Below, one piece after another: positions 24,464 through 36,830 of a stretch of 64,000 nt of DNA. The first letter of the stretch is position 1, and the number at the start of each line of letters is the position of its first letter. A program made the position numbers and the translations under genes. Location: the NCBI GenBank assembly GCA_010909165.1, contig MU008212.1:233491-297490 (forward strand), in the 5' to 3' direction. Below the pieces are notes generated by a model, which had not been told where the DNA came from, searched no databases, and was given only the letters and a program-made list of their open reading frames with translations. This DNA comes from Anthoceros angustus. Its lineage: Eukaryota > Plantae > Anthocerotophyta.

Positions 24464-25459
24464 ATGGCAGGGGTTCAGTTTAGATCGAAGTGGGTTCTAC
24501 GGAATCTGCTTTCGGGGGCTGCTGTTGTGTTGCTTCTGTTCGTTCCGAATGGGGAGGCTGAAAATGCGGGAAACTGCAAGGTGAAAGGTGAGGTCGTGCA
24601 CCAGACTTTGAGACTTGAGTTGGCTGCTATCATTTGGGGCCACATGTGTGATATTATGTAATCGTTTTGGTGCAGATGTGCCAGTAGTTGAAAGTATTAC
24701 GGACATGGAACCTTTCACTCCTGGCTTTCCAGGGTTGACACATGTATCTGTTGCCGGGGTGCAGCAGCATGGTATGAAAGAGGTTAGTTCTCCGTGGATT
24801 CACGTGGCATTACAGGATTTTGCAGGTTGAAGTCTAAGAGTGCATGTGCTTCTGTTGTACAAGGTTGAAGTCTGGCTGGAAACGTTGGCGCCTGGATCTG
24901 CAACTCCGATTCACAGGCATGCCAGCGAGGAGGTTTTCGTTGTGTTGAAGGGGAAAGGAACTGTCTACCTGTCCAAACTTCAAACTGGGACTTATCCTGG
25001 GGAGCCAGAGACTGTCGCTATTGCAGTGAACTCCACTGTAAGGGTACCACCTAACCGTGTGCATCAGGTACTACCTGACGTTGCCCTTGGGTTTTTTTCA
25101 CCACAGTTGTCTCAGTGAATCATGATTCTTTCAGGCCTCGCATGTTCCAGTCGTTACGGTGATACTAAACCCTCAATATGCTGAACAGATGGCAAATACA
25201 AACACAGAGGACCTGCAATTCTTAATCTCAATCTCGCAGCCACCAATTAAGGCGTAAGTCATCAGTCTCTCCTCCAAGGGTGCGAGATTGGTTTTCCGTG
25301 TCGTCCTTATGTAAGCCTTGTTCCTGCAGGTTCATCTATACAGATTGGTCCACCCCACACGATGAAGCTTCGGTTCTCTTCCCATTCGCCGGTGACCCAG
25401 TCTCTAAGGAGTGCTCAGCCCCTGGACCTACCCTGGAATCCCAGTATGGCTTTGTTTAA
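24464..25459 (+). CDS. ABP1: Auxin-binding protein 1 (5 exons)
   Basis: Signal peptide; GLTHVSVAG...HGMKE; VEVWLETLAPGSATPIHRHASEEVFVVLKGKGT (box A); VPPNRVHQ (box B); NTNTEDLQ; FIYTDWSTPH. The canonical 5-exon structure is present. Confidence 0.93.
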
Positions 25460-26066
25460 GGATAAGCTGGGACAGGAACTTTAGTTCGTCTTGTGTGGTA
25501 CTACCCACCCGTGTGTGTGAATAAAGTTCTGAGCTTGTGTGCAGAAAATGTGCGTCCTGGAAGAGTGTACAGTTGGACGTCCTTGTCGTTCCAGTCAGCG
25601 ATGCCTGAGCATTCCACCCCAAAGACGTGTGATGTGTCCGCAAACCGCTTGCTTAGCTGATTGAGATACATAAATCGAACGTTACATACCGACATACAGA
25701 CTAAGTTGTTCAGATTATCTGTTGCAAACCTTCACATGCTGGTGACTGCCATGTTTGTGGGTGGTGAGATAGAAGGCTGCGTTTGACTGGAGTCCGGTGA
25801 TGCCGGCGTACGAAACAGCCACGCTCCTTCGGCGCAAGAAACAGGCAGCTGAAGGCCAAAGCGAGATGGTGGTTGAATGGCCGAGCTGGGAGCATGGCAT
25901 AAATGGCGAGCGCTCCGGTGTAGAGCTCCATCGCAACCTCTACACCTGCAATTGCCTGTCTGACGGAGATCACTGCCCTCCCGATCGACGATCGACGATC
26001 GTCGCCCATTCTACGAGTCGGCGATCCATTCACGTCCTCTGTCCCGCGTAGTGCGAGCTGCACTCT

Positions 26067-27341
26067 GTGCAAGAAACCATGGCTCCCGATCGCGAGGGCT
26101 CTGCAGCGGCCGATCGAACAGCGTTCGAATTCGAGAAGCTGAAGATGGAGGAGGTGAAGGAGTGGCTGGAATCCCCGGACGAGATTGCGGGATTCATCTT
26201 GGCGGAGAACGACTCGCGCCGGCCTACTGTGCGGCACGACCAGTATACCGACGCCGATTCCCGGGCGCATGAAGTGCCCATCATCGATGTGGGGCTCATC
26301 AGGAGCGGGTCTAAATCCGAGCGGCACAGGCTGACGAAGGCGTGCGAGGACTGGGGCTTCTTCAAGATTATCAACCACGGCATCCCGCTGGAGCTGGGGC
26401 AGGAGGTGGAGAGGCAGAGCCTGAAGCTGTTCGCGCTGCCCAAGGAGCGCAAGCTCCTGGCGGACCGGGACGACCGCGGCATGGGCTACTTGCCCAAGAA
26501 TCATGGCAAGCCCGTGGGCGATGAGACGGCCAGCCTGCGGGTCTGGGCAGAGTCGGCCAATCTCACCTTCGAGGGCAAGCCCCGCCACCTGGAGACATTC
26601 GCCGCCACCGTCTTCGAGACTCCAGAGGAGTCAGAGACCTTCCGGTAAGCGGGATTGCATTCAGGTAATTGCATACAATCTCATACCCCCATGGATCATC
26701 ACACACTGAGACGGGCATTGATGTGCAGGAACACGTACGAGACGTGGAGAAACGAGTGCGCGGAGCTGGGGCGGGAGCTCCTGGAGCACATGCTGCTGGG
26801 GCTGGAGCTGGGGATCGACACGAAGGAGGTGCTGGAGGTGTTCGGGCCGGGCCACATGAACGTGTCGGTGAAGCTCAACCGATACCCGCCGTGCCCCGAG
26901 CCGGAGAAGGTGATCGGGCTGTACTCGCACCGGGACCCGCAGATTCTCACCATTCTGTACCAGGACCAGACCGGGGGGCTCCAGGTGATGAACAAGGGAG
27001 AGTACGTTCCCATCAGCCCCGACCCAGTGGGCTCCCTGGTGGTGAACATCGGATCGACGCTGCAGGCCTGGACCAACGACCGCTTCACCAGCGTCTTCCA
27101 CCACGCCGTGGCCAACAGCGAGAGGACGCGCTTCTCCGTGGCCTGCTTCCTGGGCACGCCCCTGGACACCGTGCTGCACCCCTGGCCCATCCCGCAGCTG
27201 GTGGACCAGGAGCACCCGCAGAAGTACCGCGCCATGGCCTTGCGCGAGGTCCTCACCGCCTTCGCCAAGCACAGCCGGCAGCCCACCTTCACCCAGGGCG
27301 ACCGCTCCGCCTGGCATGTCATCGACTACTTCCGCCTCTGA
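26067..27341 (+). CDS. 2-oxoglutarate/Fe(II)-dependent dioxygenase (DOXC class), one intron ~26646-26728
   Basis: DIOX_N motif VPIIDV...ACEDWGFFKIINHGIP; NRYPPCP; HRD...H iron triad; RFS 2-OG-binding motif. Confidence 0.93.
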
Positions 27342-27657
27342 GCAGCGCAACGCCAATATGATCCAGTCTCCACAAGATCGATGCTGCAAATTTGAGATCG
27401 AGCTAGCTGGCTTAATTGTACTATGCATCTCTTGCTCATTTTCTAGAGGCAATGCCTTGCAGTTTGAAGGTATGTACTAGTTTTGTAGGGCTGGCAGAAG
27501 ATGTTGCCATGTCCATCCTGTACTGGATATGAAATTGAAGCTTGCTGTAGGCTGCATTTCTATCTTCTTACAAAAATGTGTTGTTCACAATCGGAGAGCC
27601 GGAACCATGACACTTCCAAGACAAGACAGATGATTCACATTGATCAACTGGTGACAA

Positions 27658-28443
27658 TCACCATACTGCTGTGCCTGGTACAATGAATGAAGAAAATGCA
27701 AGCAAGGGAGAAAAAACAAGCAAGGCTGGCCTAGTTGCGCACCATTCCAGACCGCCTGCAGCTACTTGCAAGTTCGACAATTGCACGAACCCAATCCATC
27801 CAGGGTGGACGAAGGAATTGCGCAGGTTGTCGACGGTCTCGGTGGTGACGCCCAAGTACTGGGCGATGGTGGCGTCGTCGATGGCGACGGGGGAGGCGGC
27901 CAGCAGGGCCTGAGCCACGATCTGCACCCCGGGGTTCTGGCTGTTGAGGGTGGCGAAGGCAGTGGCGTTGCCGGGGCCCACGTTCTGCTGGAAGTGCAGC
28001 AGGCCCTTGGGGAAGATGAAGAGGTCGCCCTTGTACACAGTGGTCTGGTAGAGCACGCCGGCGTTGGACACGAATCCCACTTTGAGCGCGCCGTCCAGCA
28101 CGTACAAGAGCTCGGAGGCCCGGTTGTGCGTGTGGGGAGGGGTCTGCCCGCCTTCGGCAAAGGTGAGCAGGGCGGCGCCGATGCCCAGGTGGTTCAGAGC
28201 AGGGTACTGCGAGGCGAAGGCCGGGCTCAGCCCCAGCCGGAATCGCCCAGCCGGCACCCCCGGGACCAGGCTGAATTTGAAGTCGTCACCTGTGAGGTTG
28301 GCGGGCGGCTTGCAGGGGAAGCCGTCCCCCAGGCTGGAGGCCACATCCCCCACGCAGAAATCGTCGATGGCTTCGTCGGCGAATGCCGCTGCCTGCACCA
28401 CCAAGAGCGCCAAGAGCACGGCCGCGGCAGCCTTGGCGGCCAT
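27658..28443 (-). CDS. Germin-like protein (cupin)
   Basis: Signal peptide, DFCVGD, PPHTHNRASE and FPKGLLHFQQN germin boxes with all four Mn ligands. The exact 3-prime end is uncertain. Confidence 0.92.
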   Translation of the reverse strand: MAAKAAAAVLLALLVVQAAAFADEAIDDFCVGDVASSLGDGFPCKPPANLTGDDFKFSLVPGVPAGRFRLGLSPAFASQYPALNHLGIGAALLTFAEGGQTPPHTHNRASELLYVLDGALKVGFVSNAGVLYQTTVYKGDLFIFPKGLLHFQQNVGPGNATAFATLNSQNPGVQIVAQALLAASPVAIDDATIAQYLGVTTETVDNLRNSFVHPGWIGFVQLSNLQVAAGGLEWCATRPALLVFSPLLAFSSFIVPGTAVW

Positions 28444-28857
28444 ATTGCCGGATCCGGAATGCAGGCTCCGACTCCGATGGGTCCTTCAGGGACCGAAGGC
28501 TGGCTGCTGCTGCGAGAGGACGTCTTCAGTCTTGATACAACTTTGCAAAGCAGAAGAAGGTGGATGAGTGGGATGAGAGGAACCACGGTGCATTTCACCG
28601 GGTCTGGACCGAATGAAAGATTGAGACTGTCATGCCAAGCTACATGTTATTTCACGTTTGCAACCTGAACTATGGCACGCCCACATACACCCGGGAGCTG
28701 TTCCAGGCGCGCTCGGCGCTCGCTGTATGGAACCAGCCTGCACGACAGCTATCCACCCCAAGCATATCCGATTTTTCCTCCCGACAGGGCACCTAAAATT
28801 ACGGGCAGCTGGTGAAGTGGGAGGGGACTGTCCTTGTGGCTGTGTACTTGCTTTCTA

Positions 28858-28943
28858 CATTGTGCTCTGGCTTCTCTCCAAGTGACCCTGCCTTTTTTGC
28901 AAGTGACTCTGGCTTTTCTGCAAGTGACTCTAGCTTTTCTGCA
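28858..28943. repeat. 21-bp tandem repeat, ~4 copies (CAAGTGACTCTGGCTTTTCTG)
   Basis: Units at 28858, 28879, 28900 and 28921. Confidence 0.85.
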
Positions 28944-29754
28944 TTTCGACGAGTTATCAGACTCGGAAGAGAATAGTGCATCGCTCATTCGGGGAGCAAC
29001 AAAAAATAAAGGTCAAAGAATGTGAAAGTAGCCCTCGCGCTGAACCAAGAAAAGCAGCTGTCCTATTTTGCACACTTCACCCTTGCCGCGCACAGATTTG
29101 CTGATGTGCTGAACACAAGGACAATGAGAAATGTCAAGAAGGCTTTTGAACTCAGCCGACTTCTCCGTCAGCGAGAACTGAATGTATCTACGTACATGAA
29201 TTATGCCTCATGACAAGCAGGCAAGCATCTGTACCTTTGATGTCACTGGCAAACAGTTAGGTTCGTGCTCCCCGTGACTTTGCATGATGGATCAAGTTAC
29301 ACCACGTCCCCTCAGAAATGTTTCACAACAGATGTACCACACTGCCAGACTGCTGATATAGTGGGGAGCCAGGTTGGTTCATCATCATCTAATTTGCTGT
29401 GATGAGATTCTTGGCTGAAGAAGCCTGACGCTTGTAACACCATCTGGAGCCACAACTAGGGACGGACCAGCTCCATGTAGACGTGGCCTGGAAATGAATT
29501 CTTCTCTGCCTTCCAATCGAACAACTGCTTCATCAATGAACCATGCCCGCATTTCTCATACAGCTTGTGCCATCATTTCTGGGAAAACATTAGCTTGGGC
29601 TCCAGGTTCAGGATGATTTGGCACGAGAGAACGGTTAGAGTCTTGTCTGATTCAACAAGTGGCTCCGACTCCACCAGCTTGTCCGCCCAATCGCAGACAC
29701 ACTGCATCCGTTGCTGACATGCATTCCTCACTCACTCGTTCAGTAAAAGTTGCA

Positions 29755-30531
29755 TTACTCCCAGCTACCCTTGCTCCTTCTGAGAGTCTTTTTTGATGCC
29801 ATTCGTTTTTTCCCATCCAGCCGCTTTTCGTTCTCCACCTTTGCGAGCTTCTGGATCCGCTTCTTCTTCTTCTCTGACACAGGAGGAGGCTCATAAGCAG
29901 CAGCATCAATCAGCTGCTGCAACTTGGCCAGCGCATCATCAATGTTCCCCTTTTGAGTCCTGGTTTTCGTGGAAGATATAAACAGCTCATCATCTCTATT
30001 GATCCTGTTCTTCTCCATGTGCATCAATTTCGACCTCACTCTTGCTGGGAGCCAGGTTGCACCCATGACATTGAAACGCATGTCCACTTTCGTGTTGACC
30101 TTGTTCACATTCTGGCCCCCAGCTCCACCACTTCTAGCAAATCTTAGAGTCAATTGGTCCAGCGAGATCTTGGGCACCAGTTTTGACAAGGCAGGGACGA
30201 CTTGAGAATCTAGCTCCTCACTGATAGCTAACCTGGCTGGCAGCTTGGGTCCGTCACCTCCAGGAGCATAATCCGCACACTGGGCCCTGACGGAGCTCCA
30301 ACTTCTGCTCTTGAACTCTCTACACGTCACCAGCTTTGCATGCAATGGACCAAGGGCAATATTATGTGCTGACAACGCAAACGTCCGAAGAAGAAAGAAC
30401 AAGCCCCAACACCCGAACGCAGAGGCGACAGTGAGCCTCAGTGATCCGATAAGCTACTCTGTTGAGGTGGGGGAGGGAGTTTTCACATTCTGTATTCGCC
30501 GTCTACTCACCTGACAGCCATCACCGGACAT
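29755..30531 (-). CDS. ArfB/ICT1-like organellar peptidyl-tRNA hydrolase (class I release factor family)
   Basis: FARSGGAGGQNVNKVNTKVDMRF (GGQ motif), RTQKGNIDDAL and a basic C-terminal tail. The first short exon (ATG 30531, GT-AG intron) is tentative. Confidence 0.88.
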
Positions 30532-30610
30532 TGTCTGCCTGTGTGTGTAGCACATCCCCTCCCCTCGATCTACTCCTTTGAATGCTGCCTAGTCATCTTG
30601 CTCGGTTAGG

Positions 30611-31835
30611 ATGGTGTTTGGAATTCACGGTTGTGCTGCAGATTTCTCCATGGCTCAAGTGGTGCAGAGAATGTGGTGGAGCAGGCCCGAAGTCTGTGCA
30701 CCTCGAATGCCTGGGGGGATAACAAGGTTGTGGTGCAGAAACGAGGCTGCTGTGATAATGCTGAATCAAGAAAGCGGAGAGTGCTCGTGTTGGGAGGAAC
30801 AGGTCGGGTGGGAGGCTCTACAGTCAGAGCATTGGTCGCTAGCACCCCTTCGCTGCAAGTCATTGTTGCTGGCGGCAACCGGTATGTGCGTTGTCCGCTG
30901 TGTTTACAGCCGGAGGTTTGTCAAGGATTGCACACCAGGGGAGTGTTGGTGAGATCTCCTCAGTTCTCATGTTTCTGGGCTGTTCTCGTGCAGGCAAAGA
31001 GTAGAAGATCTAGTGACAACGCTTGGTGCGGGAACCGAGTTTATGCAATTCGATACCGACGACGCGACATCTTTGCGAGCATTACTTGAAGGATTCTGCA
31101 TCGAATTTGTCACTTGAAGGTAGTACGTGTTCCTTGCAAACCACTATAAGCAGCCTCCTAATTCGCCCTCCCTACACGCAAAGTCATTTTCCTCACTCCA
31201 GCAATTGGTCAGATTGTCTCCCCATTCTGAGCAGAATGATTTGTTCTGGAATTGTTCGCAGGTGTAGACCTTGTGGTCCATGCTGCCGGGCCATTTCAAC
31301 GGCAAGAGACATGCCTTGTCCTGGAGGCTGCCATCGCCACGAGGGTAAATGGCAAAGCTTTCTGCAACAGAATAGGACGTGCGCGTGGTGCAGTAGTCTG
31401 ATATTTCAGCCCCTCAAACAGTCCTTGCTGTTGCAGACTGAGAATCATGCTTCAATATGTGCAGACACCCTATGTGGATGTGTGCAATGACCAAGAGTAT
31501 TCCTTCCACACTGACAACAAGCTATCACGAGAAGGCAGTTGCTGCAGAGATTCCTATTATCACTGCCGCCGGCATCTATCCTGGAGTCAGTAACAATGGG
31601 TACTCCTTGGAAACATCGCGATCTCATCTGTGGGATGTGAGGAATCTGTCCAACCAGAATGCACTTTTTGTCAATGTATTGCACTGTCTTGGTCTGTGAG
31701 TGAGGCAACGGAGGTCCATACTATGACCCTCGTGCTGTCTTCTGAGTCTCCGTGGTTTTCTTGTACTGGCAGTAATGGCTGCAGAGTTGGTCCGATTGGC
31801 TAGGTCGGGCACTGCGAGGGGGGCTGGCCCCAGGA
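30611..31835 (+). pseudogene. Saccharopine-dehydrogenase-like NAD(P)-binding protein, 5-prime half, disrupted
   Basis: RVLVLGGTGRVGGST, VDLVVHAAGPFQ, PYVDVCND, IPIITAAGIYPGVSN and VMAAELVRLAR exons. Frameshift at ~31515; internal deletion before GAGP; no homologous continuation after ~31835. Confidence 0.8.
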
Positions 31836-32399
31836 ATGCCAACCCCAAAGCGACCTACCGCCCCTATTGTATCGTGGTTCAAAATGAGGAAGAGCCTACA
31901 TACCACTGGTACCGAAGGCTGCCATGTCTCATGTAACCGTTGCCGCCCTGTAAATAGCGTTGGCTAGCACCCACTGCAGGACGATGGATACCCAGGCAAG
32001 AAGGAGACCCACCCTGCTCCAATGATTGTGGTTGTGCTAAAACAATGATTGTGGTAAGCTTTAGCACAATCCTTAATGAACTGAGAAAAATCTTTGCCCA
32101 TAGCCTCATGAATCTCAATAGGGAGGGGATGAAGACGTGGCATTCTGCAAAGGTGTGGGCTTATGTACCTTGGTAGTCGCGCAGCCCTCCGCCTAGCCCA
32201 GAAGGTTGATAATGATATGCTGACAAATGGAGTTCCTGGTAGGGTCCATCTAGCGTAGGAAACTAACCTCCAGCGTATGCATATGCATACATACCTGTAC
32301 AGAAATGACGCAAGCTTGAAGCAAGGGCCAAGGCACTCATCTTTGTTGGATATGGGGAACAAGCCAAAGCTTATAAATTATTTGACCCACTTACCCATC

Positions 32400-33822
32400 C
32401 CTCTATGCCAAAAGTGTGACCTTCAAGGAGTTGTCCTCTCCTTCACAGCCCCATTTTGCTACTCGGCGCAGTCTCCTTGCTTCTCATGATTTAGATGATT
32501 CAGACTGGAGATGCCTCCCCTACCATTTACCCTCAAGACATGCACCACTTGCACCTGACGGGGGCAAATCTTCCACCACAGTAGCAATCCATGGAGGTGG
32601 TGACGAGGACAAACCTATTGCTGTGATCCCAGTTGCAGGTGTTCCCGCTGCAGATGATCCACTTATTGATCATGCTGCCCCCCCCCCCCTAGTTGCTAGT
32701 GTTGGAGAATTCATGGACAACTTTCCTGCTGTAGACGAGTTTGATTGGGCTGATGATTTTTCATATACAGGACCCTGGTGATCTCCCTGACATTCCTAGT
32801 GATATATATGCTTGCCACTCTAGAGGTTGAACCAGCTGTAGAAGTTATCCCCAAGCCCAAACGCGGATATCTTAGCCGTCATTGTCTCCCGAGAGACCAG
32901 TGGCATGAGGTTCCCTAGTCTGAAGATTTTCGCCGTCCTAGGGGTTTTGTACTCCCACAATACCTCGCACAATTCAGATAGCCCTATTAGTGGGTACACA
33001 TCAGACCAAACCTAAGTCATATCATGAAGCCCTTACTCGCAACGACAATGTTAGCGCCACACTGAATTCATTAAGAACGCGGCCGAGGTGCGTTGACGGG
33101 CTCACTGTCTTAGTGTCTAGCTTTAATACACCATTGGATTCCTTCCATATATGATGAGTATCAGTCACTTATCAAAAATGAAACTTGGGAGTTGTGTCCT
33201 CTACCTGCTGGCAGCAAGATTGTAAGCTGCTAGTGGGTGTTCAAACACAAATTGAATGCCAAAGGTGACATTGTTCCTTACAAGTCTCATTTAGTTGCAC
33301 GAGGTTTCACACGTGTGCCAGGAGTCGGCTTTACTGAAACCTTCAGCCCTGTAGTCAAGACACAGTCCATTAGGATGATCTTAGCCCCAATGCATGGTAC
33401 CTCCAATAGATGGATGTCTGCACAGACTTTTTATGTGATGAGCTAGAGGAAGATATCTACATGGAACAACCCGAAGGCTTTGTGGATCCAGAACATCCAG
33501 ACTGGATTTGCTGACTAAAAAGACAATTTACGGCTTGAAACAGTTTGCAAGGGAGTGGTACAAGACTATTGACAAGTATTTGAAGTTTATTGGATTTATA
33601 CAAAATCCAAGCGACGGAAATGTCTACATATACCTGAAGAGTGGCAGTCTTGTCGTGCTGGCTCTGTATGTCGACGATGCCACCCTCGCGTCAAACAGCC
33701 CGGAATTATTAGCTTGGGTCAAGGGTGTGTTACATCAACACTTCGATATGAAGAACATCGGCACACTTACTTTCGTTTTAGGTGTCCAGTTGGCTCGGGA
33801 TTTGGAAGATGGTTTCCTCGTA
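32400..33822 (+). mobile_element. Ty1/copia retrotransposon remnant (RT region)
   Basis: EYQSLIKNETWEL, WVFKHKLN...LVARGF...ETFSPVVK, KKTIYGLKQ..REWY and LALYVDD...HFDMKNIG, with stops and frameshifts. Truncated by a TIR element at 33823. Confidence 0.92.
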
Positions 33823-34752
33823 ACAGCATCTAAGTAGAAAGAGGTTTCTCCAGTAACCCCTTTTTGCACACGGACTTCCGCAAACCCCAAATTGCATGCT
33901 AAAAATCCGCACTGAAAACGGCGGTTTTGAAGAGTTATTTACGCGTGCACAAATGTATTTGATTTTAAACTCTATCCAATTCTGAGCCTTCCTAAAAGAA
34001 GGTCATTCTCTGTCCCACGTATACAAACATTTAGAGTTTTAGGGCTTTGCATGCAGTGCGCAAACTTGTTTGCACCAACCTTCATTCATACGGTCAACCC
34101 CTGTGTGCGTGCACTGCGCGCACTGGCTCCTGCCGGTGCACGCACCGGGCCCCTTGGCATGTTTGATGATAACCCGGTACTAGGTCACCGCCGAAAGAGA
34201 CGGAAACACTGTAAAGGATAAAAAGGGGATAGGGTATTCTTCGTCGCATTGGGGCATAGAATAGACATATGAGAGCGGTCTAGGTGAACCTCCGCCGATG
34301 TCTGCTACTTGTTATTTCGTCGGGAGTTCCGACACATCCTTAGACCTCCAAAAGGACATGTTTCCCCATTAGAAGATCATTTTTCGCGTTCTTTTTGCAC
34401 AGTGCGCACACAAGTTTGTGCATAGCATTGTACCAGGCCCCCCTGGAATGCAAAAACATAGAAAACCACATAAAATGCAGAAATTACGGACATGACAAAA
34501 TAATGGAACAATGAGGTCACTGACCCGTCATCACACCGACTAAATCGCCATGAATTTGATTAGAAGGCCCCAGCTCGGTGTAAATGACTTGACAGGAAGT
34601 GGCACATAAACTGAGAATGCCAGAGACTGATGCATGAACACTTACAAAAAAACAACAAAAACCAAACCAACTTGAGTTTTCGGCGAAATAGGGTTGGGAT
34701 TTTTACCAAAACCCCTTTTGACAGGAGAATTCTCTTTCTACACAGACGCTGT
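33823..34752. mobile_element. Non-autonomous TIR DNA element, copy A
   Basis: Left end ACAGCATCTAAGTAGAAAGAG, preceded by TA; right end reverse complement ACAGCGTCTGTGTAGAAAGAG. The internal 33860-34080 segment aligns with 49180-49410. Confidence 0.78.
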
Positions 34753-36099
34753 TGGCTCCATTTCTTGTTATGGTTGGCAATGCTCGGCTCGGCTCCTTGC
34801 CTCCGCAGGCGCTTTCTGTGATCTTCACAGATGTGTTGGTACAGCAGGTAGATCGCTACTACAAAGGCTTACGGGGGTGTGTTGAAGCTATGTTAAGCAT
34901 ACAGCTGTTAGCTTAGCTATATAACTATAGGTTATTATCCATATAAAGAGACATGACCTAATGTCGATTTTGTATAAGACTTGTCATTTTTTTCATTAAT
35001 TAGTTGTTCATTACACATTGTATCTCCTCTAGTATACTCCGACTTTTCACATTGACAGACCTGATCCACCTCGGCAACCTTCAGCCTGGATCTCGCTACG
35101 CGCCCCCCCCTCCTCTTGCAGAGCTTCCCAGTCCCGGAATCGATGGAGACGAGAGGCCACCTCCCTATGGCCGGAAGAACCATCTCTAAAGCGACAAAGA
35201 CACCTCGAGGAGAAAAAGGAATAGGGTCCAAGCTGCCTCGTCCCTAGGGTCCAGCGCAAGGCGATCCAAAGGAAAGCCAGTAGGCAAGTCAAACGTCGTC
35301 ATGCACGCCCCTCGGGAGACACCAAAAAAGGCGGGGTATTGGAAAGTGAGCTTCGAACAGGGTGAGCAAGTGATCCAATTGCATTCGCAACCACTGCCAA
35401 GACTTTGGGGGCGGGCTGAGGGGAGCATCCAAACTCGGATCCAGATGTATAGCCCCACTAGAAGAAGCAAGCCTCATCTGAGCCTCCCAGGTGGTTCGGT
35501 CGAAGTCCTTGTGTCTGTGCCCAATGTGACATTTCACCTCTTGACTGCACAGCACAACTAAGCGCAGACAAGACAAGGGGTGTCCTTGACTGCCACTGAA
35601 GGAGTGGATTGCACCATAGGGGAGAGGGCAAGAACAAATGAGAACAACGTGTGGACGACTGCCCGAGGGTGTCAGGGTCAAGGGGGCACTAGGTGACAAG
35701 GACAAAGCGTCCTCGGCATCTACCAAACATATGGAGAGTACACTCCGTATGGCGAGCCTGCCCAATAGGCTGGCCGAAGGCCTCCGCTCAAAGGGGCCGC
35801 AACCCGCCAAAACACCTAACAACCTACCGCACAGACCCCCGCTCCCGAAATCATGAACATAAACCCTAAAAGCCCCTGGCCAACCGGAACATGACAGCCG
35901 CGTGAAAGCCCACTAAAACTGCTAGCAACTTACCATAGTGTTTTCACTCTCGTAGCCACTTAGCAGTGTGTTTTCAGTCTAGTAGTTCTTGCTACGGTAG
36001 AAGCATTTCATCGCATGTATTATCGGTCACATTCCCACGCCACAGGCGAAAGAATGCCATGGGCTGAATTTGAAGCGCAAGTTCAGAACTACGCTTGGG

Positions 36100-36830
36100 T
36101 GACCTCATAAAGAGATGAGTTGCTTTCCATGCTAATCAAATGGTGATGTAGTTTGCCTGCCCTCAAGGCCATCACGTCAAGCATTTCCTCAGCAGAGTTG
36201 ATCATTGCATGACCGTTGTTGACATTGCTCTGTGACCCGCATGTGCTTGTGATGGCCTCAAGACTGATATGGTTCTTTCCACATCGGCTCGTAGAACCAC
36301 CTCATCTTAGCTGCCATGAGTGATCAACACCGGAGGACAATTCCCCTCACAAACACTATCACTTTGTTGGTGTCCTTCTTGAAGAAAGAGTTCACGAAGT
36401 AAGGAGGCAGAGATAGCAACCACACTGCTTACGTGATTCACGCCACTATGATTCAATGAAAAATCCAGTACAACTGTTCCACCTTGTGAGAAACCAAATA
36501 GGTGGATTCTATCTTGCCTCCAATCACAGCTCGTGCAAAGCACATCGACCACTTTCTTCAGCCGAGTCCTTGTTTGGTAAAGACTGTCCACCCTCCTTCT
36601 TTCTCCAATAGAAGGTTGAATCATGTTCCAGCTCTGGTCGTATGACGTGAAGCATGATCTCCCATATGTAATTACTTCAGGAAATTCTATAAGTGCAAAC
36701 AATTTAAGCTAGAGTTGCAGTTTGAGGTAACGAGAGTGTCTTAGCAAGACCTGCAAACGAGGTGTGCGTGTCGCCCAGCCCGTACAGGAGAACCATAAGA
36801 TTTTTGTCAACACCATCCGCACGGCTATGA
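36100..36830 (-). pseudogene. Phospholipase/carboxylesterase (alpha/beta hydrolase) pseudogene, copy 1
   Basis: DGVDKNLMVLLYGLGDTHTSFAGLAKTLSLPQTAT, IHLFGFSQGGTV (nucleophile elbow) and PPVLITHGS*DEVV. In-frame stop and frameshift; no introns apparent. Confidence 0.75.

Noticed and set aside
25710-28668. Long antisense ORFs over the 2-ODD and germin genes
   Set aside because: Stop-poor complements of high-GC3 genes.
29000-29650. Possible further gene fragment between the germin and ArfB-like genes
   Set aside because: No frame gave a motif I could recognise.
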